Shown here one piece after another: positions 8,774 to 21,955 of a stretch of DNA of 64,000 bases. Every line of letters starts with the position of its first letter. Within the stretch, counting starts at the first letter, position 1. This DNA is from an uncultured Anaerolineales bacterium (GTDB lineage: Bacteria > Chloroflexota > Anaerolineae > CG2-30-64-16). The notes below the pieces were generated by a model. The model had not been told where the DNA came from, did no database searches, and saw only the letters and a program-made list of their open reading frames with translations. The translations under genes were made by a program, and so were the position numbers. The stretch covers positions 13,555-77,554 of the forward strand of contig CAZTMA010000004.1 of NCBI GenBank assembly GCA_964614645.1. Reading direction: 5' to 3'.

Positions 8774-11700
8774 ATGAAGCCCCAGGACAAAGCACGGCCT
8801 TTTGCGCCCGCATTGACACCGCCCGCCGAGTTGGAGCTTTCAGAGAATAGCCAGCAGGTACTGCGCAAACGCTATCTGCGGCGTGGGCTGGACGGTCAAC
8901 CCACCGAAACTATCGAGGGAATGTTCCGGCGGGTAGCCCGGGCCGTTGCGGAACCGGACGCCGCCCAAGGGTATGACATTCACAGCACGGAAGACAGCTT
9001 TTATGCGCTGTTGACCGATTTACGTTTCTTCCCAAATTCTCCTACTTTTACCGGGGCGGGCACGCCCCTGGGCCAGCTTGCTGCTTGCTTCGTCCTGCCT
9101 ATATCCGACGACATGGGCCGCGACTCCGCCGGTATCTTCCAAACACTGCGCGATGCTGCGCTCATCCAGCAGACCGGCGGCGGCAACGGCTTCTCCTTTT
9201 CGAACCTGCGTCCCAAGGGTGACTCCGTAGCCTCCAGCGCGGGCGTTGCCACCGGGCCGGTCGGCTTCCTGCGTGTGTACGACACGGCCTTCGGTGAGGT
9301 GGCACAGGGGGGAACCCGGCGCGGGGCCAATATGGCCGTGCTGCGCGTGGACCACCCCGACATCGAAGAATTCATCACCTGCAAGGCGCAGGAAGGTCAG
9401 ATCACCAACTTCAACATCTCTGTCGGCATTACCGATGCGTTCATGCAGGCGGTCGAAGCGGATACCGATTTCGCGCTGGTCAATCCACGCGACGGCAAGA
9501 CCTGGCGCACCGTGCGGGCGCGTGACCTGTTCGACAAGGTCGTCACCTACGCGCACCACAACGGTGAGCCGGGCGCGCTGTTCCTCGATGCAGCCAACCG
9601 CACGAACCCGGTGCCGCATCTCTACGAGCTGGCAGCCACCAACCCCTGCTTCACCGGCGACGCGCGTGTCGCGACGGATCAGGGTTTCCTGTCGCTGGCC
9701 GAACTGCACGCCCTCAACAAGCCGCTCGCTGTGGCAACCGACGAGCGCGCCCGACCGGAGTGGGTGCGTCAGGCTGGGTTCGGCACTGCCAGCCCGGTGA
9801 TGCTGACGCGCCGGAACACTCCCGTCCTGGCCCTGCGCACGACCCATGGCTACCGCGTGACCGCCACGCCTGACCACCGTTTCCTGACTGCCGACCGCGG
9901 CTACGTGCCACTGCAGGAGCTAAAACCCGGCGAGCGTTTGCTCATCCAGTCGGAAGAGGGACCCTGGTCGCAGCAGTTCGAGCTCCCCAATGTCCGCTAT
10001 ATACAGGAGAAGATGGCCGTCATGGGCCGCGGCGGCGATCACGCCAGCGGACGCACGGTTACGCGCCATGATTTCAGCGAGCTCTATGCCGCGGTGCCCA
10101 CACTGTGGAGTTATGAACTAGGTGTGGCGCTCGGCTGGCTCGTCGGCGACGGTTGGCTGAGCCCCACGAGCGGTTCGCCTGTCGGGCTGGCCTTCGGAGT
10201 CGAAGAAGGTGGTTATTGCGGGCTTGAGACCCTCCAACCCAACCTTCAGCAGTGGTTCGGCCCAGGCCATGTTCACGAGCGCGGCAGCGTCCGACAGTTG
10301 ACCTATGGCCGGCTGCCGTACGAGTTCTTCGCCTCCCTGGGGGTCTCGACCGCCTCAGCCACGGAGAAGCGGGTTCCCACCAGCCTCTGGCAGGCGCCCC
10401 GTGACGCGGTGCGCGGCTTCCTTGCCGGCCTGTTCAGCGCGGATGGCTCCGTCCAGGTCAATGAAGCGAAGCAGGACTGCACTGTGCGGCTGGCCAGCTC
10501 ATCGCGCGGGCTGATCGAGGATGTGCAGCTGCTCCTCGCCAACTTCGGTATTGCCTCCCGCATCTACCGGCGCCGTGACCAGATGACCCGCCCGATGCCC
10601 GATGGCAAGGGTGGGAGCAGGAACTACACGAGCGCACCGCAGTTCGAGCTGGTGATCGGCAAGTCGAACCGCGTCCGCTTTGCCCAGGTGATCGGCTTCG
10701 CACATCCGCGCAAGCAGACCCGTCTGCTGGAACACGCCGCAGGGGCCGTCCGCGGCGCGTACCGGGAGCGTTTCGAAGATCGCGTCGCCAGCATCGAAGA
10801 CGCCGGGACAGCGGATGTCTATGATCTCACCGAACCGTTGACCAGCAGCTTCATCGCCAACGGGTTCGTCGTGCACAACTGCGGCGAGCAGTGGCTCGGC
10901 CCGTACGAAAACTGCTGCCTGGGCTCCATCAACCTCGCTCAACATGTCACGCCAGACGGCCAGGTCGATTGGGAGAAGCTGCGCGAGAGCACGGTGGTCT
11001 CCACCCGCTTCCTGGACAACGTGGTCGACGCGAACAAGTACGTGCCGGCCGTGCCTGCGCTGCGTGAAGCCGCGCTGCGCGCCCGGCGCATCGGCCTCGG
11101 CATCATGGGGCTGGGCGACCTGATGTACCAGTTGGGCGTGCGCTACGGCTCGGAAGAGGGCCAGGAGTTCGCCGCGCAGGTCATGGAGTTCGTGCGCTAC
11201 CACTGCATGTTGACGAGCGTCGAGCTGGCCCAGGAGCGCGGACCGTTCCTCGCCATCACGGGCAGCATCTACGACCCGGCGAACCTGCGCTGGCAGCCGC
11301 CTCAGCCCATCACATCTTACCGGCACGACTGGGGCCGCCCGGTCGTGGACTGGCACCGCGTGGTGGATGGCATCAAGCAGCACGGCATCCGCAACGCCGC
11401 GCAGACCACCGTCGCACCCACCGGCACCATCGGGACGGTCGCGGGCTGCGAAGGCTACGGCTGCGAGCCGGTCTTCGCGCTGGCCTACACGCGGACGGTC
11501 AAGGACGGTACGCGCGACCTCAAGCTGACTTACACCAGCCCGTTGTTCGAGGCTGCGCTGGAGCGTGCGGGCCTGGACAAGGCCACGCGCGAACGCATCA
11601 GCGAACAGGTCAGCGCGGTCGGCAGTTGCCAGGGCCTGGAGGAAGTGCCGGAAGCCCTGCGCCACGTCTTCGTCGTATCCCAGGACATCACTGCGGAAGA

Positions 11701-12499
11701 GCACGTCCGCATGCAGGCGGCCATCCAGGCTTTCGTCGACAATTCGATCAGCAAGACGATTAACTTTCCGCCCGCAGCCACGGTGGATGATGTGGCGGAG
11801 GCCTACCTGCTCGGCTGGCATCTCGGCTGCAAGGGGCTGACGGTCTACGTCACGGGCAGCCGGCAGGAGGTCGTGCTGGAGACGAAGGCCACAGCCGAGT
11901 CGAAGGCGGCAGGTGAGGCCGCGTCCGCGGTCCCTTCCTCACCGGTTGAGACCGCGACCAAGTACCCGATGATGAAGCGTCGCCCGCGGCCCACCACCCT
12001 GCACGGTATGACCTACCGCAAGGAGACACCGCTGGGGACAGCCTTCGTCACTGTGAATATCAACGGCGGCAACCGGCCGTTCGAGGTCTTCATGAACGTG
12101 GGAAAGGCCGGCAGCGATGTCGCGGCGGTCTCCGAGGCGTTGGGGCGCCTCATCTCGCTCATCCTGCGCCTGCCCTCACCGCTTGACGAGAACGAGCGCC
12201 TGCAGGAGGTCATCGACCAGCTTGCCGGCATCGGCGGCGGCCGGTCGCTCGGCTTCGGCGCCAACCGGGTTCGGTCGCTGCCCGACGCCGTGGCCCAGGT
12301 CCTGCGCGAACATCTCAACAGCCACTTCCCGTCGGACAGCGGCGCGGTGGGAGAAAACGCCGAGCCTTATGTCGAACAGCTCCCGCTGCCCATCGCTGAC
12401 CGCGTGATCGGGGACCTGTGTCCGGACTGCGGCCAGGCGACGTTTATCCCGACGGAGGGCTGCCGCAAATGCTACGCCTGCGGCTACAGCGAATGCTGA
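8774..12499 (+). CDS. nrdJ: class II (adenosylcobalamin-dependent) ribonucleotide reductase NrdJ, intein-containing, Cys-rich C-terminal tail
   Basis: RNR barrel motifs; active-site NPC|GEQ split by intein; C-terminal CPDCGQ...[12 protein letters not shown]; GAGAGGAG SD. Confidence 0.9.
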   Translation: MKPQDKARPFAPALTPPAELELSENSQQVLRKRYLRRGLDGQPTETIEGMFRRVARAVAEPDAAQGYDIHSTEDSFYALLTDLRFFPNSPTFTGAGTPLGQLAACFVLPISDDMGRDSAGIFQTLRDAALIQQTGGGNGFSFSNLRPKGDSVASSAGVATGPVGFLRVYDTAFGEVAQGGTRRGANMAVLRVDHPDIEEFITCKAQEGQITNFNISVGITDAFMQAVEADTDFALVNPRDGKTWRTVRARDLFDKVVTYAHHNGEPGALFLDAANRTNPVPHLYELAATNPCFTGDARVATDQGFLSLAELHALNKPLAVATDERARPEWVRQAGFGTASPVMLTRRNTPVLALRTTHGYRVTATPDHRFLTADRGYVPLQELKPGERLLIQSEEGPWSQQFELPNVRYIQEKMAVMGRGGDHASGRTVTRHDFSELYAAVPTLWSYELGVALGWLVGDGWLSPTSGSPVGLAFGVEEGGYCGLETLQPNLQQWFGPGHVHERGSVRQLTYGRLPYEFFASLGVSTASATEKRVPTSLWQAPRDAVRGFLAGLFSADGSVQVNEAKQDCTVRLASSSRGLIEDVQLLLANFGIASRIYRRRDQMTRPMPDGKGGSRNYTSAPQFELVIGKSNRVRFAQVIGFAHPRKQTRLLEHAAGAVRGAYRERFEDRVASIEDAGTADVYDLTEPLTSSFIANGFVVHNCGEQWLGPYENCCLGSINLAQHVTPDGQVDWEKLRESTVVSTRFLDNVVDANKYVPAVPALREAALRARRIGLGIMGLGDLMYQLGVRYGSEEGQEFAAQVMEFVRYHCMLTSVELAQERGPFLAITGSIYDPANLRWQPPQPITSYRHDWGRPVVDWHRVVDGIKQHGIRNAAQTTVAPTGTIGTVAGCEGYGCEPVFALAYTRTVKDGTRDLKLTYTSPLFEAALERAGLDKATRERISEQVSAVGSCQGLEEVPEALRHVFVVSQDITAEEHVRMQAAIQAFVDNSISKTINFPPAATVDDVAEAYLLGWHLGCKGLTVYVTGSRQEVVLETKATAESKAAGEAASAVPSSPVETATKYPMMKRRPRPTTLHGMTYRKETPLGTAFVTVNINGGNRPFEVFMNVGKAGSDVAAVSEALGRLISLILRLPSPLDENERLQEVIDQLAGIGGGRSLGFGANRVRSLPDAVAQVLREHLNSHFPSDSGAVGENAEPYVEQLPLPIADRVIGDLCPDCGQATFIPTEGCRKCYACGYSEC
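9647..10879 (+). mobile_element. intein (411 aa) with LAGLIDADG homing endonuclease domain inserted in NPC|GEQ motif of nrdJ
   Basis: Begins CFTGDARV (Cys1), ends FVVHN followed by +1 Cys of CGEQ; internal LAGLIDADG blocks GWLVGDGWL and [11 protein letters not shown]. Confidence 0.85.
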
Positions 12500-12547
12500 G
12501 TCGTATGCCATAACATGCACTGAACCGGCTCACAAAACCCGCCGCGA

Positions 12548-12610
12548 GGACCTTCGAGGTCCCAGGCCAGGCTTCGCCTGGTACGAGACCTCGAAGGTCC
12601 TTGTTTGTTC
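12548..12610 (+). terminator. nrdJ terminator: nested GACCTTCGAGGT hairpin + T-rich tail
   Basis: ggaccttcgaggtc...gacctcgaaggtcc (14-bp stem) with inner ccaggc/gcctgg, then TTGTTTGTTC; same outer stem as at 63314-63363. Confidence 0.6.
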
Positions 12611-12691
12611 GGACGACTTTGCGCAGGAACAGATTCCGTTTACAATGCGTCCCATGTGTGTACTGAGAAAGATGCGAGTATGGAGGTGAAT

Positions 12692-13789
12692 ATGAACCGT
12701 TTGAGTGTCCGATTGCTGTTCGTCGTCGTACTGTGCATGTCCCTTGTCGGGGCTGCACCCCACCCCGCTGCCGCGCAGGCATCCGAGGGCTGGCATGCAG
12801 AATACTACGCCAATCCTCACCTGATCGGCGCTCCCGCCCTTACCCGGATCGACGGCCTGATCGAATTCCAGTGGGGCACCGGCACGCCTGACCCCAGCAT
12901 GACCGGCGACAGCTTTTCGGCTCGCTGGACCCGCTACCTGGACCTGACCGCCGGCGCGTACACCTTCTATGCGGCCACGGATGACGGCGTGCGCGTCTTC
13001 GTGGACGACCGGCTGCTCATCGACGCGTGGCAGCCGCGCTCCGTCACCACCGACCAGGCCACCATCGACCTGGCCGGCGGCCAGCATGCTTTGCGCGTCG
13101 AATACTTCGATGCCGGCGGTGCAGCCAGCGCCAACATCTGGTGGGAGCAGGCAGCCAGTCCCACACCGACGCCGACCGCCCAGCCTACGGTAACACCGCC
13201 GGCCCAGAAGACGCCCACCGGCGGCCAGACGACCTACGTCGTCCGCTCCGGCGACACCCTGGCCCGGATTGCCGCGCGCTTCGGTGTGACCGTCGCGGCG
13301 ATCATGGCCGCGAACCCGATCATCACGAATCCGGATCGCATCCGCGTGGGCCAGCGGCTCATCATTCCGGCCCGCGGCACGCAACCGCCCACGACCACCT
13401 TCAGCCAGGTCCGCGTCTATCTCATCAGCGAGGGCACGGGCAGCGTCGGCTGTGGCGATGAAGTCGTCGGGGTGCGGCGCAACATCACGCCCACCACCGC
13501 GCCGCTGACCGCCGCGCTGAACCAGTTATTCTCTATCAAGACGCGCGACTACGGCCAGTCCGGCCTGTATAACCCGCTGTATCAGTCGAACCTGGCAATC
13601 CAGGAAATCACCCGCACCGGCACAAGCTGGACCGTCAAGCTGACGGGCACGCTGGTGCTCGGTGGCGTGTGCGACAACCCGCGCGTCGAAGCGCAGTTGC
13701 GCCAGACCGCGCTGCAGTTCGACACAGTCAAGCAAGTGAAGTTCCTCATCAACGGCGTGCCGCTCGAGCAACTGCTGTCCGGCCGTTGA
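12692..13789 (+). CDS. secreted protein with PA14 domain, LysM domain and C-terminal GerMN/Gmad2-like domain
   Basis: Signal peptide MNRLSVRLLFVVVLCMSLVGAAPHPAAAQA; PA14-like WHAEYYANP...DDGVRVFVDDRLLIDAW; LysM YVVRSGDTLARIAARFGVTVAAIMAANP; GGAGGTGAA SD. Confidence 0.65.
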   Translation: MNRLSVRLLFVVVLCMSLVGAAPHPAAAQASEGWHAEYYANPHLIGAPALTRIDGLIEFQWGTGTPDPSMTGDSFSARWTRYLDLTAGAYTFYAATDDGVRVFVDDRLLIDAWQPRSVTTDQATIDLAGGQHALRVEYFDAGGAASANIWWEQAASPTPTPTAQPTVTPPAQKTPTGGQTTYVVRSGDTLARIAARFGVTVAAIMAANPIITNPDRIRVGQRLIIPARGTQPPTTTFSQVRVYLISEGTGSVGCGDEVVGVRRNITPTTAPLTAALNQLFSIKTRDYGQSGLYNPLYQSNLAIQEITRTGTSWTVKLTGTLVLGGVCDNPRVEAQLRQTALQFDTVKQVKFLINGVPLEQLLSGR

Positions 13790-13796
13790 CGAGGTT

Positions 13797-13895
13797 TTGC
13801 CACCGAAAACACTGAGCACACGGAGAGCCGTTACAGGTTGCAGGTTACAGGTTGGACGACGTCGGGTCAACAACCTGCAACCTGCAACCTATAAC
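13797..13895. repeat. palindromic element with mirrored tandem CAGGTTG/CAACCTG heptads; left end (TTTGCCACCGAAAACAC) shared with GCCACAGAGG-TIR family
   Basis: gttacaggttgcaggttacaggttg ... caacaacctgcaacctgcaacctataac form ~25-bp stem; loop contains gacgacgtc palindrome. Confidence 0.5.
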
Positions 13896-13937
13896 CCATC
13901 CCCCACCCTTCTTTCGTGTCCAGCAAAGGAGTCCGCC

Positions 13938-14984
13938 ATGGTCACCGCCGACGCCCGCGCCTACCCGCTCATCATCCCAGGCTACACCGGCTCCCGCTCC
14001 GGCATCCAGATTGGCACCCAACTGCCTGCCGACGCTTCCACCGAAGACATGCAATTCGCCCGCCAGTTGGGCATCGAATGGGTCATGACAACCGTCCCGG
14101 CCGCCGATGCCTCGGTCGAGACCTACCGCGCCGTCGTGCGCCACTTTGCCGAGGGCGGGCTGAAGGTCTACCGGCTTGCCAACCACGCAGTGCACAACAT
14201 GGAAGCCGTCACGCTCAACCTGCCGGAGCGTGACGGCAAAATCGCCGAGTACCTGGCCTACATCCGCATGTTGGCCGCCGCAGGCATCTACTACGCCACC
14301 TATGCGCACATGGCGAACGGCATCTGGAGCACCGAGCCGGAGCCAGTGCGCGGGGGCGCGAATGGCCGTGCCTTCCGGCTGGATCAGGCCCGCACCGGCC
14401 GGTGGATTGATGAGTCCTGGGACCTCCCCTTGACACACGGCCGCGAGTACACCGAAGACGAGCTGTGGGAGAACTACGCGTACTTCATCCGTCAGGTCGT
14501 CCCGGTCGCAGAGGAAGCGGGGGTCTACATCGGCATCCATCCGGACGATCCGCCGGTTTACCCGCTCGGCGGCATCCCCCGCTGCATCTTCGGCAACTTC
14601 GAGGGCTACAGCCGCGCGCTGGAGATTGCAGACAGCCCGAACGTCGGCGTCTGCCTCTGCTTGGGCTGCTGGCTGGAGGGCGGTCCGGCGATGGGCAAGA
14701 GCGCAGTCGAGGCCATCCGCTACTTCGGCAGCCAGCGCAAGCTGTTTAAGGTGCACTTCCGCAACGTGACTGCGCCCATGCCCGAGGGCTTCGTAGAGAC
14801 TTTCCTGGATGATGGTTACGCGGATATGCTCGAAATCATGGCCGCGCTGCAGGAAGTGGGGTTCAATGGAGCCATCATCTCCGACCACCTCCAGCAGGTT
14901 GTCGGCGGGCGTTACGCTGCCGAGGCGTATGCCGTGGGCTACATGCGCGGGCTGGTTCAGGCGGTGGCCGCGCGAAACCGGTAA
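13938..14984 (+). CDS. uxuA: mannonate dehydratase-like (UxuA family, xylose-isomerase-like TIM barrel)
   Basis: VVPVAEEAGVYIGIHPDDPPVYPLGGIPR matches UxuA [35 protein letters not shown] SD before ATG 13938. Confidence 0.7.
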   Translation: MVTADARAYPLIIPGYTGSRSGIQIGTQLPADASTEDMQFARQLGIEWVMTTVPAADASVETYRAVVRHFAEGGLKVYRLANHAVHNMEAVTLNLPERDGKIAEYLAYIRMLAAAGIYYATYAHMANGIWSTEPEPVRGGANGRAFRLDQARTGRWIDESWDLPLTHGREYTEDELWENYAYFIRQVVPVAEEAGVYIGIHPDDPPVYPLGGIPRCIFGNFEGYSRALEIADSPNVGVCLCLGCWLEGGPAMGKSAVEAIRYFGSQRKLFKVHFRNVTAPMPEGFVETFLDDGYADMLEIMAALQEVGFNGAIISDHLQQVVGGRYAAEAYAVGYMRGLVQAVAARNR

Positions 14985-14987
14985 CCG

Positions 14988-15048
14988 CGAAGACGCGAAG
15001 AACGTCAAAGTTCTCTGATTGGAATGTCTTTGCGTCTTCGCGGTTCAA
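14988..15048 (+). terminator. stem-loop after uxuA (ccgcgaagacgc...gcgtcttcgcgg)
   Basis: 12-bp perfect inverted repeat flanking 37-nt loop between uxuA and next gene. Confidence 0.4.
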
Positions 15049-15063
15049 ACACAGGAGGTTGAC

Positions 15064-15822
<759 letters not shown>

Positions 15823-15840
15823 GAAGCTGTATGAGGAAGC

Positions 15841-16434
15841 ATGGAGAGGATTCGCTGGGCACCCAAAATCGTGCGAGCCAGAATCTGGCAGCTTTATCAA
15901 AACGACGCCCGAGGCATTGTAGACGAAGTGTTGCTCGAGGATGTCGGCTTCTCCCTGTGGTTACGCTGCCAGGCCATCCTCATGGTCAGTCATCACGAAG
16001 TCGAATGCCCACGTTGCCGACAGGTGTTTAGCCTGGGCGACTGGTCGGCCACCGAGCCGGATCCGGTTACTTGTCCTGCGCCCAACTGCGACTGGCAGAC
16101 ATCGCGCCAGGATTACCATCTATCGTGGCGTCATCGGGACCTTATTGGGAGCAACGCCTTACCAGCGTTCCAGGCTTACGTGGACGACTACCCGCGCGCA
16201 CGTTCACCGCAAGCGCGGATGGTTTGCATAGACCAACTGATACATGCCTTCCACTGGGACTTGAAGCAGAATCTGCCGAACCGCTCAGTCGGCAACAACC
16301 TCATTGAGGGCAGCCACGAGAGCGTGCTTGGGTTACTGGACAAACTGCATGACGGCGAGCCGACTGAGGATAAACGGCGCTGGCGTGAGACGGTGCAGAT
16401 GATGATGCAGCGACGACGTGGGGTCAAACCGTAG
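15841..16434 (+). CDS. hypothetical protein with CxxC...CxxxC zinc-ribbon-like motif
   Basis: 197-aa ORF, GAGGAAG SD; ECPRCRQ...CPAPNCDW; no recognisable family. Confidence 0.45.
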   Translation: MERIRWAPKIVRARIWQLYQNDARGIVDEVLLEDVGFSLWLRCQAILMVSHHEVECPRCRQVFSLGDWSATEPDPVTCPAPNCDWQTSRQDYHLSWRHRDLIGSNALPAFQAYVDDYPRARSPQARMVCIDQLIHAFHWDLKQNLPNRSVGNNLIEGSHESVLGLLDKLHDGEPTEDKRRWRETVQMMMQRRRGVKP

Positions 16435-16471
16435 ACGCTCCGGCGCATACTTACCATAGACAGGAGTTTTT

Positions 16472-17446
16472 ATGCCACTCACCTTCGATTTCCCTCTCGA
16501 CAAGCTCCAGACCTACCAGGGCATCAACCCGCGACCCGCGGACTTCAACGCCTACTGGGACGCCGCGCTCGCGGAGATGCACGCGCTCGACCCACAGGTC
16601 GAACTCGTGCCCGCGGAGTTCCAGGCACCCGGCGCGGAATGCTTCCACCTGTACTTCACCGGCGTCGGCGGCGCACGCGTGCATGCCAAGCTGCTGCGGC
16701 CCAAGCACACCGCATCTGCTGCCCCGGCAGTCGTAATGTTCCACGGCTACAGCGGGCACTCGGGCGACTGGTTCGATAAGCTGGGCTATGTGGGCGCGGG
16801 CTACACCGTGGCCGCGCTGGACTGCCGCGGGCAGGGCGGCCTGTCGGAGGACAACAGCGACGTAGTGGGCAACACGCATCGCGGCCACATCATCCGCGGG
16901 CTGGCCGATGCGCTGGCCGGGCGGCCGGATAAGCTGCTGTTCCGCCAGATCTTCCTCGACACCGCCCAGCTGGCGCGCATCGTCATGGACATGCCGGGCG
17001 TGGATGCGACGCGCGTGGGTGCAACCGGCGGCAGCCAGGGCGGCGCACTGACCGTCGCATGTATGGCGCTGGAGCCGCGCATCAAGCGCGCTGCACCTAT
17101 CTTCCCCTTCCTTAGCGACTACCTGCGCGTCTGGCAGATGGACCTGGCGAAGGACGCCTACGAGGAGCTCCGCACCTTCTTCCGCCTCTTCGACCCGCGC
17201 CACCAGCAGGAAGCGGCCGTCTTCGAACAGCTCGGCTACGTGGACATCCAGCACCTGGCCCCGCGCATCCGCGCGGAGGTGCTCTGGCCCATCGGCCTGA
17301 TGGATCAAATCTGCCCGCCATCCAGCCAGTTTGCGGCCTACAACAAGATCACGTCACCGAAACGCATGGCGATTTACCCGGACTTCGGCCACGAGGGTCT
17401 GCCCGGCGTGAACGACATCGTTTTCGAGTTCCTGATGGGGCTGTAA
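16472..17446 (+). CDS. acetyl xylan esterase / cephalosporin-C deacetylase (CE7, AXE1 family)
   Basis: CE7 N-terminus DFPLDKLQTYQGINPRPADFNAYWD; GGSQGG nucleophile motif; alpha/beta hydrolase. Confidence 0.85.
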   Translation: MPLTFDFPLDKLQTYQGINPRPADFNAYWDAALAEMHALDPQVELVPAEFQAPGAECFHLYFTGVGGARVHAKLLRPKHTASAAPAVVMFHGYSGHSGDWFDKLGYVGAGYTVAALDCRGQGGLSEDNSDVVGNTHRGHIIRGLADALAGRPDKLLFRQIFLDTAQLARIVMDMPGVDATRVGATGGSQGGALTVACMALEPRIKRAAPIFPFLSDYLRVWQMDLAKDAYEELRTFFRLFDPRHQQEAAVFEQLGYVDIQHLAPRIRAEVLWPIGLMDQICPPSSQFAAYNKITSPKRMAIYPDFGHEGLPGVNDIVFEFLMGL

Positions 17447-17452
17447 TCCCAA

Positions 17453-17566
17453 ACCCGCGGAGTGGGCATCCTCAGATGCCCACGTCGGACCCGTTCCGCG
17501 TCTGAGGACGCTCCACTCCTCACGCAAGAAACGCGGAGTGGGCATCTGAGGATGCCCACTCCGCAC
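17453..17566. repeat. composite palindromic REP-like element: 3 hairpin units of the GGAGT-stem-ATC-CTCA/TGAG-GAT-stem'-ACTCC family
   Basis: cggagtgggcatcCTCAgatgcccac ... gcgtcTGAGgacgc ... gcggagtgggcatcTGAGgatgcccactccgc; first and last units are exact reverse complements. Confidence 0.7.
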
Positions 17567-17604
17567 GTCCCTCCCTGGCAGCCGACCGGCTGCTAGTGTC
17601 CCGG

Positions 17605-18051
17605 TCAGCCGCAGTCATCGTCGGGCGCACGCAGGCGCTCCACCTCCGGGTCCACCGCAAACCAATGCCCGTTGAACAGGCCATACGTCGCCCCGCTGGA
17701 AAGCACCCCACCCTCCGCCGGCACCCACCGTACCCCTTCACGCATTAACGATACGTCACCGCGATAAGGCGCGCCGTCAGGTGCAGCACGGTCGTTGCCG
17801 TAATCGGGATCGTAGCGAAAGAAAGCTTCCACGCGAACGGTCGCACGATTGAGGCCGGGCAATAGCACGCGCGTCTTCACCTGCTGCGGCGTCAGGTCCC
17901 GGGTGTACGTGCTCGCCAGATAGCGGCGCACCGCCAGCGACGGCCCGGCCCAGCTGAACACGATGACGGCGGCGACCGCGACGACGCACAGCCACACGGG
18001 CCACAGCACGCGCCGTCTGATAATCGGTTGAGAATTTGCACTCATTGGCAC
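17605..18051 (-). CDS. hypothetical membrane-anchored protein (N-terminal TM)
   Basis: 148-aa ORF; TM WPVWLCVVAVAAVIVFSWAG; no family match. Confidence 0.45.
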   Translation of the reverse strand: MPMSANSQPIIRRRVLWPVWLCVVAVAAVIVFSWAGPSLAVRRYLASTYTRDLTPQQVKTRVLLPGLNRATVRVEAFFRYDPDYGNDRAAPDGAPYRGDVSLMREGVRWVPAEGGVLSSGATYGLFNGHWFAVDPEVERLRAPDDDCG

Positions 18052-18287
18052 AAGGCTCCCAGAGGGGCTATCGACCCGGGGTCACGGAAGTTATCATAGC
18101 AGACTCTAAATGCAGGGGCAAACCACTTGACTTTTTCTCAAGTTCGGTTAAGCTTGTCCTTATCTTGGATTAAGCTTGTTCGTTCTCATAAATGTGTTGT
18201 TTGATTGTCAACCGCTGTCCTGACGGGGCGCAGCGACCCTCCGCCATCTGACAGGGCAAATCCAATCGCGCGTGCTGAATCGGAAGA

Positions 18288-18944
18288 GTGCCAATGCGAC
18301 AAATCTTCGGTCCCAGCGCAAACGTCATTGCTCGGGCTTCGATTATAGGTGGGTTGCTGACGCTGGTCGTCCTCGTGGCAACCGGGTTCGCCTATATCCG
18401 TTCTCCCTATAACACCGAGCAGCGCGTCCACGTGGAGCAGCCGGTGCAGTTCGCGCACCGCACCCACGTCGGCAACGTCGGCCTCGATTGCCGCTACTGC
18501 CACACCACAGTCGAGGACTCCCGCTTTGCAGGCATCCCCCCTATCGCGACCTGCATGAACTGCCATTCGCAGCTGCACGTCAATGCACCCATCCTGGAGC
18601 CGATCCGTGAAGCCTACCGGACGGGCCAGTCGGTGCAGTGGGTACGCGTCCACAACCTGGCCGACTTCGCGTACTTCGACCACAGCGCCCATCTCGCGAA
18701 GGGCGTCGGCTGCACGACCTGTCATGGGCCGGTCGGCGATATGCCCCTCACGTGGCAGGAAAGCACCCTCCTGATGAACTGGTGCCTCGACTGCCACCGC
18801 GCGCCGGAGAAATACCTCCGCCCGCGCGAAGAGGTCTTCAATGCCAACTGGGTGCCGCCGGCCAACCAGCTTGAGGTCGGGCGACAACTCGTCGCCGAAT
18901 ATCAGGTGAACGCCAGGGTCGACTGCTCGACCTGCCATCGGTAG
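18288..18944 (+). CDS. actA: Alternative Complex III pentaheme cytochrome c subunit ActA
   Basis: N-terminal TM then five CxxCH (CRYCH, CMNCH, CTTCH, CLDCH, CSTCH); first gene of act operon. Confidence 0.85.
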   Translation: MPMRQIFGPSANVIARASIIGGLLTLVVLVATGFAYIRSPYNTEQRVHVEQPVQFAHRTHVGNVGLDCRYCHTTVEDSRFAGIPPIATCMNCHSQLHVNAPILEPIREAYRTGQSVQWVRVHNLADFAYFDHSAHLAKGVGCTTCHGPVGDMPLTWQESTLLMNWCLDCHRAPEKYLRPREEVFNANWVPPANQLEVGRQLVAEYQVNARVDCSTCHR

Positions 18945-18967
18945 AACCATCCGAGGGGAAGATATAT

Positions 18968-21951
<2,984 letters not shown>

Positions 21952-21955
<4 letters not shown>

